A DNA stretch of 64,000 bases from an uncultured Anaerolineales bacterium (GCA_964508025.1 CAZDSF010000001.1:22320-86319), one strand, 5' to 3'; shown: positions 54,011-64,000, counted from the stretch's first letter. Numbers and translations are program-made. Notes: generated by a model from the sequence alone, not told the origin.

Positions 54011-54232
54011 CTAATACTCCATCTGGTTATTTGCCGGGATTCTGTGTGGTTCATCGGCGGTTTGCTGCCTGAGATAAGCCAGGAGCGCTTCGATGTCGGC
54101 GAAACCGTGGCGCTCTCCGGTGCCGGGGCATTCCAGTGAGGCGCGCCAGATAGCGTGTTCTCCGTCGGAAGTTTCCCAGAGCCGCAGCAGATAAGACACG
54201 TAGCGTGTTTTTGGTTTTTCCTGGCGCATCAT
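54011..54232 (-). CDS. small conserved hypothetical protein
   Basis: 73 aa, ...YLLRLWETSDGEHAIWRASLECPGTGERHGFADIEALLAYL... Confidence 0.4.
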   Translation of the reverse strand: MMRQEKPKTRYVSYLLRLWETSDGEHAIWRASLECPGTGERHGFADIEALLAYLRQQTADEPHRIPANNQMEY

Positions 54233-54251
54233 ACTTCATCCATAGGTTTGA

Positions 54252-55805
54252 TTACTGCCCGGCTTCCAAGGTGAGTGCAAAGATGGTGAACCAATCGCCA
54301 AGATCGGCGACAAAGAGCCGTGTGCCATCGGGCGGCACAGCCAGCGCGCCGGGCCAGCTCAGCGTCTCGTCCGTGAGGCGCGGGTCGCGGACGCCGAGAT
54401 CCGGCCCGAAGCGCCCCGTAGCGAAGCCATCGGGGTCGAGCCGCAGAATGTGCGGCTCTGGCGAGACGCAGGCGACGTAGAAGTTGCCCGCTGCATCGAG
54501 TGCCAGGCGTTGGGGCCAGGCATCCCACAGCTCCTCCTCGCCGATGGCGTAGCCTACTTGCTTGCCTTCGCGGTCGTAAGCCTCGATGTATCCGCCGACC
54601 GCACCCAGCACGTAGAGGTTGCCATCCGGCCCGAAGCTCAGGTCTCTGGCGTCGAAATCATCGCCGGGCAGGGCAAAACTGCGCTGGAACACGCCCTCGC
54701 CGCTGAAGACCAATATCCGCGCGCCGTTGTTGTGATCCAGCACGTAGAGATTGCCATCCGGGCCGGCGGCCAAAATGTACGGGCTGGAGGTCCCGAATTC
54801 GCCGCGCCCCGTTCCCTGACGCCCGAAGCGGCCCAGCGGTGCGCCGTTGGCGGCGAACCTGAAGATGGCATGGGCGCTGGGATCGGCCACGTAGAGCGTC
54901 CCATCCGGCGCGAGCGTCACATCGGCGGCCCAGAGCAGCGCGTCGTCGCTGATGCGGGCGATGCCGCCGCCGGTCTCCGCATCGAAGACGTAGACGCCGC
55001 GGTCTCCATCGGCGACGTAGAGCAGGCCATTCGCTCCCAACGCGATGCCGCCCAGGGAGATGAACGCATCGTCATCGAAATCTTCGGGGGTGCGAATGCG
55101 CCAGAGCCGCCGGTTGACAATATCAACATCGCCCACGGAGGGCGGAAAATCGCCGGCGATGCCCACCAATTCCACGGCATCTATCTCGTTCCAGTTGCCG
55201 CCCGCGCGCTGATCCACGATGATGAGGACGCGATCCACCGGACTCTCGATGCCGCTGGCTTTGACGTTGAGCACCTGCGGGCAGCGGACATCGGGCGTAT
55301 GCACGCCGCCCTCGACAATGACGAATTCTTCGCCGGTTGTGCCCTTGAGCACGACCTTGAAGATGAAGCCGGGCGAATGGGTCTCGTGAATGTTAATCTC
55401 GATGGGGATGACGGGTTGGGCGTAGTGCAGCTCCAGCCAGTCGTAGCCGTCGGGTTCGGCGGAGGCCCAGGCGGTGGGGAAATCGCCGCATTCGGGCGTA
55501 TCCGGCGCGCCAGTGGCTTGCATCGCCGACCAGGCGGGATTCCCGTACTCGGAGCTGGCGGCGGCGTAGACGGCCCACTGGCGAATGACCGCGCCGGGTT
55601 CTGCTGTTGGTTCGGTTGTAGGGGGGCTGGTTGGGGCAGAACGCGTTGGCGTGGGCGATCTCGGCGTTGCCGTTGGACTGCGCGCTTCTTCGGTGGGAAC
55701 TGCGCCTTCGATGCGCGCGGCATTCTCGCCGCGCCCCTGGAACAGGCTGCATCCCAGGCTCAGCGCCAGCAGTAATGCCAGGAGCGGGTAGATGCGTTTT
55801 TGCAT
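54252..55805 (-). CDS. NHL-repeat beta-propeller lipoprotein
   Basis: lipobox LSLGC; Pro/Thr-rich linker; repeated ...DGTLYVAD / DGNLYVLD / AGNFYVA NHL-like blades. Confidence 0.6.
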   Translation of the reverse strand: MQKRIYPLLALLLALSLGCSLFQGRGENAARIEGAVPTEEARSPTATPRSPTPTRSAPTSPPTTEPTAEPGAVIRQWAVYAAASSEYGNPAWSAMQATGAPDTPECGDFPTAWASAEPDGYDWLELHYAQPVIPIEINIHETHSPGFIFKVVLKGTTGEEFVIVEGGVHTPDVRCPQVLNVKASGIESPVDRVLIIVDQRAGGNWNEIDAVELVGIAGDFPPSVGDVDIVNRRLWRIRTPEDFDDDAFISLGGIALGANGLLYVADGDRGVYVFDAETGGGIARISDDALLWAADVTLAPDGTLYVADPSAHAIFRFAANGAPLGRFGRQGTGRGEFGTSSPYILAAGPDGNLYVLDHNNGARILVFSGEGVFQRSFALPGDDFDARDLSFGPDGNLYVLGAVGGYIEAYDREGKQVGYAIGEEELWDAWPQRLALDAAGNFYVACVSPEPHILRLDPDGFATGRFGPDLGVRDPRLTDETLSWPGALAVPPDGTRLFVADLGDWFTIFALTLEAGQ

Positions 55806-55837
55806 TGTGGGCCCTCCTGTGAAACGGTTATGGGTAA

Positions 55838-55900
55838 GCAGTGAGCAGAGAGCAGTGAGCAGTTTGGATACGGCATCCTGCTCACTGCTCTCTACGAACT
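55838..55900. repeat. GTGAGCAG-family inverted repeat
   Basis: gcagtgagcagagagcagtgagcag...ctgctcactgctctctacg. Confidence 0.5.
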
Positions 55901-55907
55901 ATTTTCA

Positions 55908-56627
55908 TCATACCTGCCATGCTGAGACCAGCCGAACGCCCAGTTCGACGAGCCGTTCCAGCCTCGGCGCATCGAGGAGCTGCGCGCCTTGCGCCTCGAG
56001 GTGCAGGCCGCGCGGGTTGAGCTTCACCACCAGCGGGATCTTCGCGGGCCAGTCGGTGAGCGCGCGCTCCACATCGAAGCTGAGGAACCGTCGCGCGGCG
56101 CGCTCGTCTTGCGCCCAGATCATGTAACGCTCGCGTAACGCTCCGCTGCCCAGCGGCACTTCTTGCAGGCCCGCCAGGCGCTCCGCATCCTCGCCGAGCA
56201 TCCATTCCAACGCCTTGCGCACCACCATGCCCGCCAGCCCGCCGAGGGCGGAGGGATCTACAGTGGGGATGGTTCCGCCGGCGCCGCTCCGGGGGCCGAT
56301 GAGCACCAGTCCATCGGCGAGCGCGGCGCTCGCGCTATGCCAGCGCGTGCGCTGTGAGGGGGTGGAAGGCGTGGCCGTGCCTGAGCGTCCCGCCGCCGAG
56401 GTAACGCTGCTTTCCAGCGACCAGGCGACGCCGCGCGTGGTTCCGCGCAGGCGATAGCCGGAGACGCGCCCCTCTTTGAAAGGGACGCACTCCCAACCGC
56501 GCGCGGCGGCTTCGGCGAGCAGCCGCGCCGTGCGGCGCTTCTCGTGTTGCCGCGCCAGCAGGAAGATCCCCGCAAAAAACGCGAGCGAGCCAACGGATGC
56601 AATGGCTACCAGGAGAAGATCATCCAT
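55908..56627 (-). CDS. hypothetical membrane-anchored protein
   Basis: N-terminal TM helix, no recognisable domain. Confidence 0.35.
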   Translation of the reverse strand: MDDLLLVAIASVGSLAFFAGIFLLARQHEKRRTARLLAEAAARGWECVPFKEGRVSGYRLRGTTRGVAWSLESSVTSAAGRSGTATPSTPSQRTRWHSASAALADGLVLIGPRSGAGGTIPTVDPSALGGLAGMVVRKALEWMLGEDAERLAGLQEVPLGSGALRERYMIWAQDERAARRFLSFDVERALTDWPAKIPLVVKLNPRGLHLEAQGAQLLDAPRLERLVELGVRLVSAWQV

Positions 56628-56639
56628 GTGTACCTCCGG

Positions 56640-56700
56640 TAAGTTATCAGTCAGGAGTCATTATTCTTTGAATCGTGACTCCTGACTCGTGACTCTATGG
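56640..56700. repeat. TGACTCCTGACTC inverted repeat
   Basis: cagtcaggagtcat...gtgactcctgactcgtgactc. Confidence 0.5.
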
Positions 56701-59130
56701 TACGATATGCAGCAGCCCGCCGCCGGAGAAGTTGGAGCCGCCGCCGACCCACACCGCGCCGAACTGATCCACGTGTAGTGCGGTGATGAAGTTGCTGAGC
56801 AACCCATCCTCGGTGGTCAGCTGATCCCACGTCCCGTCGCTTTTATCGAAGTAGAAGACCCCGTTCTGGGTGCCGGCCCAGATGGTTCCATCGGGCGCGA
56901 CCGCCAGCATATTGAGCCAGTTCAGGAAGCCTTCTTTCTGGAAATTGAAGATGACCTCAAGTTGCGCGCCATCGTAGCGCACGATGCTCAGGGTCGCGCC
57001 AATGAGCAGCGCGCCATCGGCGTCAAGCGCCAGGTCGCGCACGTAGCTGTGAGGCAGGGTCTCCTTCTCGATCACCATCTCCACTTGCCCGTTGCGGTAA
57101 CGGGCGATGCCGTTGTTGGTACCGATCCACACTGCGTCGCCATCGGTCAGCAACGCCAGCACGCTATTCGAGGGCAGCCCGTTGTCTTCGGTGAGTTCCA
57201 GGGTCTTGGAGCCATCCGCGTTGAGGACCACAATCCCCTTGCCATCATCGCCGAACCAGGCGCGCCCCTGCGCATCCACCGCGACGCTGTCGTAGGAGCG
57301 CAGCCCCTCGAAGGCAGTCCACTTGCCGTCGCGGTAACGACTGGCGTCGCCGTTGGTGATGGCCGCCCAGACCGTCCCATCGGGAGCCACGGTCAGGGCG
57401 GTGGCCCAGCTGCTAGAGCCGCCGACGCCGTCCGCGCGGGTGAAGGTGTCCCAGGGTTGGTCGGGATCAGCCGGATCAAGGCGTTGGATCCCGCCATCGG
57501 TGCCTATCCAGAGCATTCCATCCGGCGCGGAGGCAAAAGCATCCACGAAGTTTGTCGCCGGCAGGTTGCCCTCCACGCGGAAGGTGGATTTCTCCCCCGC
57601 GATCAGGGCGTGCAGGCCCGTGTTGTTGACGAAGAGCGGTGTGCCGTCGTGATACAGCGCCATCCCAAACACGCCCTCGGTATCGCGGAAGAGCTCCGCG
57701 CAGGCGCCGGCGGCGGGATCGAAGCGGCACAGGTTGCCCCCGCCAATGGACGATGTGCCGATCCAGAGCGCGCCATCGTCGGCGAAGGCCATCTTGCGGA
57801 TGTCGGCCAGGCCGGAGACCTCGCGGCTGGCGTAGAATTTCCACTGGTTGTTCCTGAACTGCGCCAGTCCGCCAGAAGTGCCCACCCAGAGGCTGCCATC
57901 GGCGCCCACAGCAAGCGCGTTGGCCCGCTGATTCGGCAGGCCGTTGGCTTCATTATACACCGTCACCTGGGTCCCGCTGATTTTGGAGATGCCGTTGTAG
58001 CCGGAGGCGACCCAGATGTCTTTCCCGATGACGGCAATATCGCTGATGCCGTTCCAGGAGAGGCCCTCCTTGTCGGTATAGCGCGTCCACGCGCCGGTTT
58101 GCAGATCGAGCACGCCCAGCCCGGAGTAGCCGATGAGCAGGCGGTTGTTTGCCGCGTCACAGTAGAGGCGATCTATCTTGCTCACTCCCAGGCGCACTTC
58201 TTCCGGCGTGATGGGCGTCGTGTCCCAGTTGCCGGTCATGGGATCGTAGAAGCTGAGGCCCAGCTGCGTGCCCACGACGATGCGCGTCTCCCGTCCACCG
58301 CCGGGGACCGGCACGTCGCAGACCGTCAGCGCGTGGGCGCTCACGTGGCTCACGCCATCGAGCGGGGTGTACACTTCGGGGAATCCCTCCTCCAGGGTGG
58401 GGGAGACTTCCCAGAGCACGACGCCGCCCAATGTGGCTGCGTAGACCACGCTATCATAGACCACTACATCCCGCGCGGCGTTGGGATTGGTGTAGGGATA
58501 CCAGCCAGGATCGAGCCACGAGACCGGCTCCGGAGGTAGCGGGGCAAAGAATTCCACCGAAGCGAGCACCGCCTCGAAAAGCGGCTCGATCTCCGCCCAG
58601 CGCTCGGCGGGTGCGCGGCCCAACATCAGGAAGCCCTGTGTGGGGGAGGGCATCAGCACCGCGATGCGCCCCTGCGTCCCTGCGCCGCTCTGTTCGGCGC
58701 GCACGCCGGAGACGTTGCCCACGTTCAGTTTCGTCGTGGCGCCGGTCTCGATGTCATCTTCATCCGCGAACATCTCCAGGAGCTCTTCGGCAGTGATGCC
58801 CTCCCAGAACTCGCCACCCAACAGCACGATGCCTGGCCCGCGCACATCGGCGTCGGGCGCGAGCATCACCGACATGTCTTCATCGTGTTCCAGATCGTAG
58901 CCGGGTAGGGCGCGGAAGCTGAAGCCGCCGTATTCGTTGCGTTCGATGGCGCCGAGTTCTATCTTTGGCGCCGGCGCGGTTGTGGGAGCTGCTTGCGTTG
59001 GGGCCTCTGTCGGCGCGACGGCGGGCGTCTCTGGCGCGGCCGTTTCTTTGGCGCCTCCGCCTAGACTACAAGCCAGTGTTGTCAGCAACAACAACCCGAT
59101 AACAAGTACGCATAGTTTTTTGGATCGCAT
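56695..59130 (-). CDS. secreted lipoprotein with two-component-regulator-propeller (Reg_prop) beta-propeller repeats
   Basis: lipobox LTTLAC; recurring ...LW(V/I)GT..G(L/I)..(F/Y)... blades (LWVGTSGGLAQF, MLWIGTDGGIQRLD, AVWIGTNNGIARY, IWAGTQNGVFYFD). Confidence 0.6.
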   Translation of the reverse strand: MRSKKLCVLVIGLLLLTTLACSLGGGAKETAAPETPAVAPTEAPTQAAPTTAPAPKIELGAIERNEYGGFSFRALPGYDLEHDEDMSVMLAPDADVRGPGIVLLGGEFWEGITAEELLEMFADEDDIETGATTKLNVGNVSGVRAEQSGAGTQGRIAVLMPSPTQGFLMLGRAPAERWAEIEPLFEAVLASVEFFAPLPPEPVSWLDPGWYPYTNPNAARDVVVYDSVVYAATLGGVVLWEVSPTLEEGFPEVYTPLDGVSHVSAHALTVCDVPVPGGGRETRIVVGTQLGLSFYDPMTGNWDTTPITPEEVRLGVSKIDRLYCDAANNRLLIGYSGLGVLDLQTGAWTRYTDKEGLSWNGISDIAVIGKDIWVASGYNGISKISGTQVTVYNEANGLPNQRANALAVGADGSLWVGTSGGLAQFRNNQWKFYASREVSGLADIRKMAFADDGALWIGTSSIGGGNLCRFDPAAGACAELFRDTEGVFGMALYHDGTPLFVNNTGLHALIAGEKSTFRVEGNLPATNFVDAFASAPDGMLWIGTDGGIQRLDPADPDQPWDTFTRADGVGGSSSWATALTVAPDGTVWAAITNGDASRYRDGKWTAFEGLRSYDSVAVDAQGRAWFGDDGKGIVVLNADGSKTLELTEDNGLPSNSVLALLTDGDAVWIGTNNGIARYRNGQVEMVIEKETLPHSYVRDLALDADGALLIGATLSIVRYDGAQLEVIFNFQKEGFLNWLNMLAVAPDGTIWAGTQNGVFYFDKSDGTWDQLTTEDGLLSNFITALHVDQFGAVWVGGGSNFSGGGLLHIVP

Positions 59131-59290
59131 GGTTTCCTCCTTCAGTGAAAGTGCTATTCAAGGCATGCAAGGCTAACTGTGAACAGCGAACCGGCAATGA
59201 TTGGCTTGGGATTGGCGTTTTGTGCGGTTCCTGATCTCCGCTCTCCTCAAAAGTATAACCGCGCTGCGTCAAAAAAACGTCAAAACCGGT

Positions 59291-59298
59291 GTATAATC
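59291..59298 (+). promoter_or_regulatory. extended -10 (TGTATAAT) candidate promoter for SARP-family regulator
   Basis: ggtgtataatctg ~36 nt upstream of ATG 59334. Confidence 0.4.
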
Positions 59299-59333
59299 TG
59301 GCTGAAGGCTACCCGCTCTATGCCCGTGAGTTG

Positions 59334-62300
59334 ATGACAATCATGCCGCGACTTTCGATTACGTTACTCGGTTCGTTCCAGGTTGTGCTGGATGGCAAGC
59401 CCCTCACCGCCTTTGCCACCGATAAGGCGCGCGCATTATTGGCTTATCTGGCAGTGGAAGCCTCCCAACCGCATCGCCGTGAAGCGCTAGCTGCTTTGCT
59501 CTGGCCCGACCAACCCGAACAACGCGCCCGCCACAATCTGCGGCAGGCGCTTTCGTACTTGCGGCAGACGCTTGGCGATGCGGATGCATCGGCGCTCCCG
59601 TTCCTGTTGGTGGAGCGCGATACGGTGCAATTCAATCCCGAAGCGGATGTCTTTCTGGATGTGGCCGAATTTGCGGCGTTGACTGAGACAACGCGCCAGC
59701 ATCGCCATCTGCGCCCGGAACGCTGCTGGCCTTGTTTGCAGCGGCAGCAACGGCTGGCGGCGCTCTATCGGGGGGATTTTCTGGGGCAATTCTTCGTGCC
59801 TGATAGTGCGCTGTATGAGGAATGGGCGTTGCTCAAGCGGGAATGGTTGCGTCATCTGGCGATGGAGGCTTTTGCTGTTTTGAGCGACTATCATGAGCGG
59901 CGCGGGGAATTCCGGCTGGCTCATGCTTATGCGCAACGCCAGGTTGAATTGGAACCCTGGCGCGAGGAGGCGCATTGCCAGCTGATGCGGCTGCTCGCGC
60001 GTGAGGGGCAGCGCAGCGCGGCGCTAGCGCAGTATGAGACGTGTCGGCGCGTGTTACAGGCTGAGTTCGCTGCCGCGCCCGCGACGGAAACAACGCGCCT
60101 TTTCGAGCAGATCAGGGCCGAAGCGCAAGGGTGCAGTAAAGAGCATTTTCTCTCGGTTTCCCCGCCGTTACCTGTTCCCGCGCTCTTCGTGGGCCGCGAA
60201 ACGGAGCTTGCTGAGCTTGCTGAGTTGCTCGCGGATCCGGCGTGTCGGCTCATCACCTTGACTGGCCCCGGCGGGATTGGCAAGAGCTGTCTGGCGCAAC
60301 GCCTCGCGGATCTGCATCGCGGCTTGTTTGCGGATGGCGTCTTCTTCGTCAGTTTGAGCGCCGCCGCCGATATGGATGCGGTTGCCGTGGCGCTGGCTGA
60401 CGCCCTCGCGCTGCCTTCGCCGCTTCACGGGGCCTCGCGGTGGCTGTTTCAGCAGCTGCGCCACAAGGAGTTGCTGCTGGTGCTGGATAATTTCGAGCAT
60501 CTGGTGGATTGTTGCGAGCTGCTGAGCGCGTTGCTGCGCGCGGCGCCCCATCTCATGTTGGTGGTCACTTCACGTGAAAAGCTGCATTTGCAGGAAGAAT
60601 GGGTCTATGCTTTGGAGGGGTTGCGCTACCCGGCGGCCCTACCAGCGCGCCTCGAGGAAGCGCAGACCTTTAGCGCGTTGGCGCTCTTTCGGCGGCGCGC
60701 CATGCAGATACACCGTCACTTCGAGCTCACAGAAGAGACGCTGCCCGATGTCATCCGTATCTGCCAGCTTGTGGAGGGCTTGCCTCTGGGTGTGGCGTTG
60801 GCTGCTGCGGCGACCGCCGAGCAATCTTGCGCGGAAATTGCCGCAGCACTCGCGCGCACACTGGACGCTTTGCACACCACGCTGCGCAACATGCCCGCGC
60901 GGCATCACAGTCTACGCGCCGCTTTCGAACACTCGTGGGCATTGTTGACGCCTGCCGAACAGGCATCTTTCACGGCTTTGGCGGTGTTTGTCACGGGTTT
61001 CGATGCTGAAGCGGCGCGCGAAGTTGCCGGCGCGCCTGATACGGTGTTAGCGGCGTTGACGGCTAAGTCGTTGTTGAGTTTCGATGGCGGGCGCTACCTC
61101 TGGCACGAGGCCACGCACCAATACGCAGCCGAGCATCTGGCAGCAGACCCGGCTCGCGCGCAGCAGTTGGGGGATCGCCACTGCGCTGCCTTCGCTGCTC
61201 GCGCCCAACGCGCCGGCGCGCAGGGTGATGGGGCGGCGGATGATCTGGCGGCCCTGGAACGCGACCGGGGCAACTTCAAGGCGGCCTGGAATTGGGCCCT
61301 CGCGTATGGCAAACTGGACTGTCTTGAAGCGATGAGTCGGGGTATGGGATTGTTCTATCAGCAACGCGGCCCGGCGCAGGAGGGGGCGGCGCTATTCGCG
61401 GCGGCCCTGGAGCACCTCGCGTCAGAGATCGAGAGCGCGCCATCGCTGGCGGCGCATCTATGTGTGGAGCAGGCGCGGTTGTTGGCCCTTCAGGCGCGTT
61501 ATGCGCAGGCGGTGGAGAGTGCGGCGCGGCTCGCGGCGCTGGGACGCCGGTTGGGCTCTGCTGTGTTTGAGGCAACCGGGTATTTTCTTCAGGGGCAGAC
61601 TTTCCAACAACAAGGCAAAAACGAGGAGGCGCAGCAGGCGCTTGAAGCGGCGTTGGCGCATTCCGTCGCCGCGCCGCAAGCCGTTTGCCTGAAAGCGGAT
61701 GTGTTGCGCGAGCTCGGCAATGTTGCCGCGCGGCGCGGAGAACGGGGCGCGGCGCGGCGATACTACGAAGACGCGCTGAATCTCTACCGGGAGCTGGGAA
61801 ATCAGCGCGGAGAAAGCGCCGTGCTCAACAACCTCGGTTCGCTTGCCTGTGACTGTGGGGATTACGCCGGCGCGCAAGCATACCTCACATCCGCGTTGGC
61901 GCTGTATCGCGCATGGGGCAATTTGCCGGGCGAAGCCAAGGCGCTGAACAATCTCGCCAACGTGGCTGCCGATCAGCGGGATTATAGCACGGCGCTGCAA
62001 CACTACCGGGCTGCCCTTCGGATCCATCAGGTTATGGAGAATTCCCCAGCGCAGGGCGCGGCGTTGAACAACCTGGGCGCGCTATACTGGGAATTGGGCC
62101 TGTACACCGAAGCGCGGGCTGCTTATCGGCAGGCGCTTGCCATTTACCGAGAAAGCGACAATCTCCAGGCAGAAGGCGAGAGCCTGGCGAACCTCAGTCT
62201 GGTCGAACTGCGCACCGGCGACCTGCGCGCGGCTTCACAGCTGGCGCAGCAGGCTGCTGCGGCTGCGCTCCGCAGCGATGATGCGCTCAATCTTGCCAAT

Positions 62301-62750
62301 GCCTACACCTATCTGGGCAAGATTCACACGGCTTTGGCGCAATGGGATGAGGCCGAACGCTGGTATCGCCAGGCGCTCGCTATCCGTGAAACCATTCCGC
62401 ATCCCGGACGGCTGCTGGAGCTCCAGACGGAGCTGGCTTATCTGACCTGGCAACGCGGCGATCCTATCCAGGCGTTGGCGGATATTGCGCCGGTCCTGGC
62501 GGCATTGCAGGATGAAAGCGCTTTGGAAGGTGCAGAAGAACCGTATCAGGTGTATTGGATCTGCTGCGAAATTCTGCGAGCCAACGCGGATGCCAGAGCC
62601 GCGCCGTTGCTGGCATTGGCTCAGCAGCAATTGCTCGCGCAGGCTGCGCGCATCTCTGATCTGGAGCTGCGTCGCGCATTTTTGCGGAACGTCCCCGCGC
62701 ATCGCCGAATCAGCGAGTCTTGTGGCAGTTCTCCGACTCCCGGCGCTTGA
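59334..62750 (+). CDS. SARP/AfsR-like regulator: BTAD + NB-ARC (STAND ATPase) + C-terminal TPR array
   Basis: N-term LSITLLGSFQVVLDGKPL...RALLAYLA (wHTH/BTAD), Walker A GPGGIGKS, long TPR region (...ALNNLG...). Confidence 0.75.
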   Translation: MTIMPRLSITLLGSFQVVLDGKPLTAFATDKARALLAYLAVEASQPHRREALAALLWPDQPEQRARHNLRQALSYLRQTLGDADASALPFLLVERDTVQFNPEADVFLDVAEFAALTETTRQHRHLRPERCWPCLQRQQRLAALYRGDFLGQFFVPDSALYEEWALLKREWLRHLAMEAFAVLSDYHERRGEFRLAHAYAQRQVELEPWREEAHCQLMRLLAREGQRSAALAQYETCRRVLQAEFAAAPATETTRLFEQIRAEAQGCSKEHFLSVSPPLPVPALFVGRETELAELAELLADPACRLITLTGPGGIGKSCLAQRLADLHRGLFADGVFFVSLSAAADMDAVAVALADALALPSPLHGASRWLFQQLRHKELLLVLDNFEHLVDCCELLSALLRAAPHLMLVVTSREKLHLQEEWVYALEGLRYPAALPARLEEAQTFSALALFRRRAMQIHRHFELTEETLPDVIRICQLVEGLPLGVALAAAATAEQSCAEIAAALARTLDALHTTLRNMPARHHSLRAAFEHSWALLTPAEQASFTALAVFVTGFDAEAAREVAGAPDTVLAALTAKSLLSFDGGRYLWHEATHQYAAEHLAADPARAQQLGDRHCAAFAARAQRAGAQGDGAADDLAALERDRGNFKAAWNWALAYGKLDCLEAMSRGMGLFYQQRGPAQEGAALFAAALEHLASEIESAPSLAAHLCVEQARLLALQARYAQAVESAARLAALGRRLGSAVFEATGYFLQGQTFQQQGKNEEAQQALEAALAHSVAAPQAVCLKADVLRELGNVAARRGERGAARRYYEDALNLYRELGNQRGESAVLNNLGSLACDCGDYAGAQAYLTSALALYRAWGNLPGEAKALNNLANVAADQRDYSTALQHYRAALRIHQVMENSPAQGAALNNLGALYWELGLYTEARAAYRQALAIYRESDNLQAEGESLANLSLVELRTGDLRAASQLAQQAAAAALRSDDALNLANAYTYLGKIHTALAQWDEAERWYRQALAIRETIPHPGRLLELQTELAYLTWQRGDPIQALADIAPVLAALQDESALEGAEEPYQVYWICCEILRANADARAAPLLALAQQQLLAQAARISDLELRRAFLRNVPAHRRISESCGSSPTPGA

Positions 62751-62760
62751 CTATCCCCGC

Positions 62761-63831
62761 CTACCCTTGCACCGCCGCAATGAACGTTTCGGCCTCTTCC
62801 AGCGTGAGTTCCTCGGAGATGCAGAACAGGAAGCCCTTGCCGCCCAGTTCGCGGATGATTTTCAGCGCGCCTTCGCGGGTGACGAAGAGCTGGCAGAGCT
62901 TGCCCCCATCGCGGATGCGCTTGAGCAGGGGCAGCCATTCCTCCGGCGGCGGCGCGCCATCGCCCGGAATCCACTGAATGCCCCGTAACCGCTGGAGCGA
63001 AAGCAGCATATCCAGGTGGCGAATCTGCCCCTTGCCGTCGAGGTGGTAGAAGCAGTATTCCAGGTGCGCGCAGCAGGCTTCCAGATCGGGCAGCACAAAG
63101 CGCTCGAACATCTTTGGCGAGATCATGTAGGCGAAATCGCTTTGCAGCATGTAGCATGGTTCTGGCGCCCAGATCGGCGCCCAGCAGCCATAGCCCCGCT
63201 TGTTCTCCGGCAGCAGCGCCGCGAGCGCATCATAGTAGCGCAGCCACAAGGTCGTGATTTCCCCCGCCAGGCGCGCGACCTCATCCGGCGCGTCGTAGAG
63301 GTCGGTGAGCAGCAATTGCGTATCGCGCAGGCTTGCCAGGATATCGAGGTTGCCGCCCAGATCGGTGTGCCCGATGATGTAGCCATCCAGGCGGCGGGCG
63401 GCGGCGCGGAAGAATTCCTGGGTGCGCAGCCACCAGACGTTATGGGGATCATAGGCCGGATGGAGCTCCGCCAACGAGGCGGCGCCTATCGGCCCGAACC
63501 AGGTCGTATCGGTGCGATACTCCACGGTCGAGCCGAGAAAACCGGCGACAATCCCCGCGCCGAGATTGGGCCAAACTTTGGGTACCGCATCGCCCAGATA
63601 GCGGACTTGGGTGATCGCGGGCAACAACTCGTCGAGGATCGCATCGGCGGGTACGTCCAACGGGTAGCGTGTGAGGAACGGCGACAGCACGCGGTAGTCC
63701 ACGTCTGGAAGTTGCGGGAAGACTTCGAGCCACAACAAGGGGCGTTCCAGTTCGCCCTCCCACCAGGCCAGCCAGTCGGGGGTGACGCGGGCCCAATCCT
63801 CTGCGGTGAAATGCGGGTTTGATTCCATCAT
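62761..63831 (-). CDS. uroporphyrinogen decarboxylase (URO-D) family / methyltransferase-activating-type protein
   Basis: Start at MMESNPHF (AGGAG RBS); 356 aa with URO-D/MtaA-like TIM-barrel family features. Confidence 0.55.
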   Translation of the reverse strand: MMESNPHFTAEDWARVTPDWLAWWEGELERPLLWLEVFPQLPDVDYRVLSPFLTRYPLDVPADAILDELLPAITQVRYLGDAVPKVWPNLGAGIVAGFLGSTVEYRTDTTWFGPIGAASLAELHPAYDPHNVWWLRTQEFFRAAARRLDGYIIGHTDLGGNLDILASLRDTQLLLTDLYDAPDEVARLAGEITTLWLRYYDALAALLPENKRGYGCWAPIWAPEPCYMLQSDFAYMISPKMFERFVLPDLEACCAHLEYCFYHLDGKGQIRHLDMLLSLQRLRGIQWIPGDGAPPPEEWLPLLKRIRDGGKLCQLFVTREGALKIIRELGGKGFLFCISEELTLEEAETFIAAVQG

Positions 63832-64000
63832 TGGCTCCTGATGCTGATTTCTGTGATTTTCGCTGTTGAGTGTAGGCGCGAACGGCAAAATTGCAAGTAT
63901 TCGAGCGCGCGCTGCCTCGCTGCTCGAAAACCTATTTCTGTGGCTTTGGTTTGCAATTTTATAAACAAACACTTGAAGCGATTACAATTTCGTTGTATAA

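Overview
High-GC (~62-65%) bacterial chromosomal segment. Gene content resembles a filamentous Chloroflexota-type genome, but that assignment is an inference from content and style. Gene starts were set from the ORF track by frame arithmetic, so they may be off by one or two nucleotides where my reading of the raw text differed by one position.

Major blocks, left to right:
1. 1-4.8 kb: CoA-transferase fragment, two alpha/beta hydrolases, a thiolase/DUF35 pair, and a four-helix-bundle (23S-rRNA-IVS family) gene flanked by inverted GTAGG-type repeats.
2. 4.9-11.9 kb: a Liv-type branched-chain amino-acid ABC transporter operon whose binding protein is an in-frame tandem duplication (two ~400-aa LivJ modules, about 95% DNA identity).
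3. 11.97-31.6 kb, minus strand: a 16-gene phage-tail-like contractile-injection gene cluster. It runs sheath, tube, chaperone-like, Pro-rich ruler candidate, tube-initiator-like paralog pair, gpD hub, gpV spike, PAAR, gp25, baseplate J, baseplate I, orphan protein, 1186-aa fibre-position protein. It has no capsid, terminase, integrase, lysis, AAA+ ATPase or T6SS membrane-complex genes, and carries unusual domains (OmpA plus peptidoglycan-binding on a hub-adjacent protein; helix-hairpin-helix on the distal protein). This is the best candidate for a novel system.
4. 31.9-37.3 kb: hybrid histidine kinase, MglA-like small GTPase, three Roadblock/LC7 proteins, globin sensor, ODP/FprA-like protein and REC-Roadblock, a putative O2-responsive polarity/motility switch.
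5. 37.5-48.8 kb: LiaS-like HK with unusual C-terminal extension, SPFH protein, LuxR response regulator, giant multi-GAF histidine kinase, and an OmpR-RR/HK/HtrA envelope-stress module.
6. 48.9-64 kb: korAB, MBL-rhodanese, galE, propeller/NHL lipoproteins, a SARP-NB-ARC-TPR regulator and a URO-D-like protein.

The window is also rich in several families of short palindromic or tandem intergenic repeats and G-run tracts. No rRNA, tRNA, CRISPR or transposase was found.
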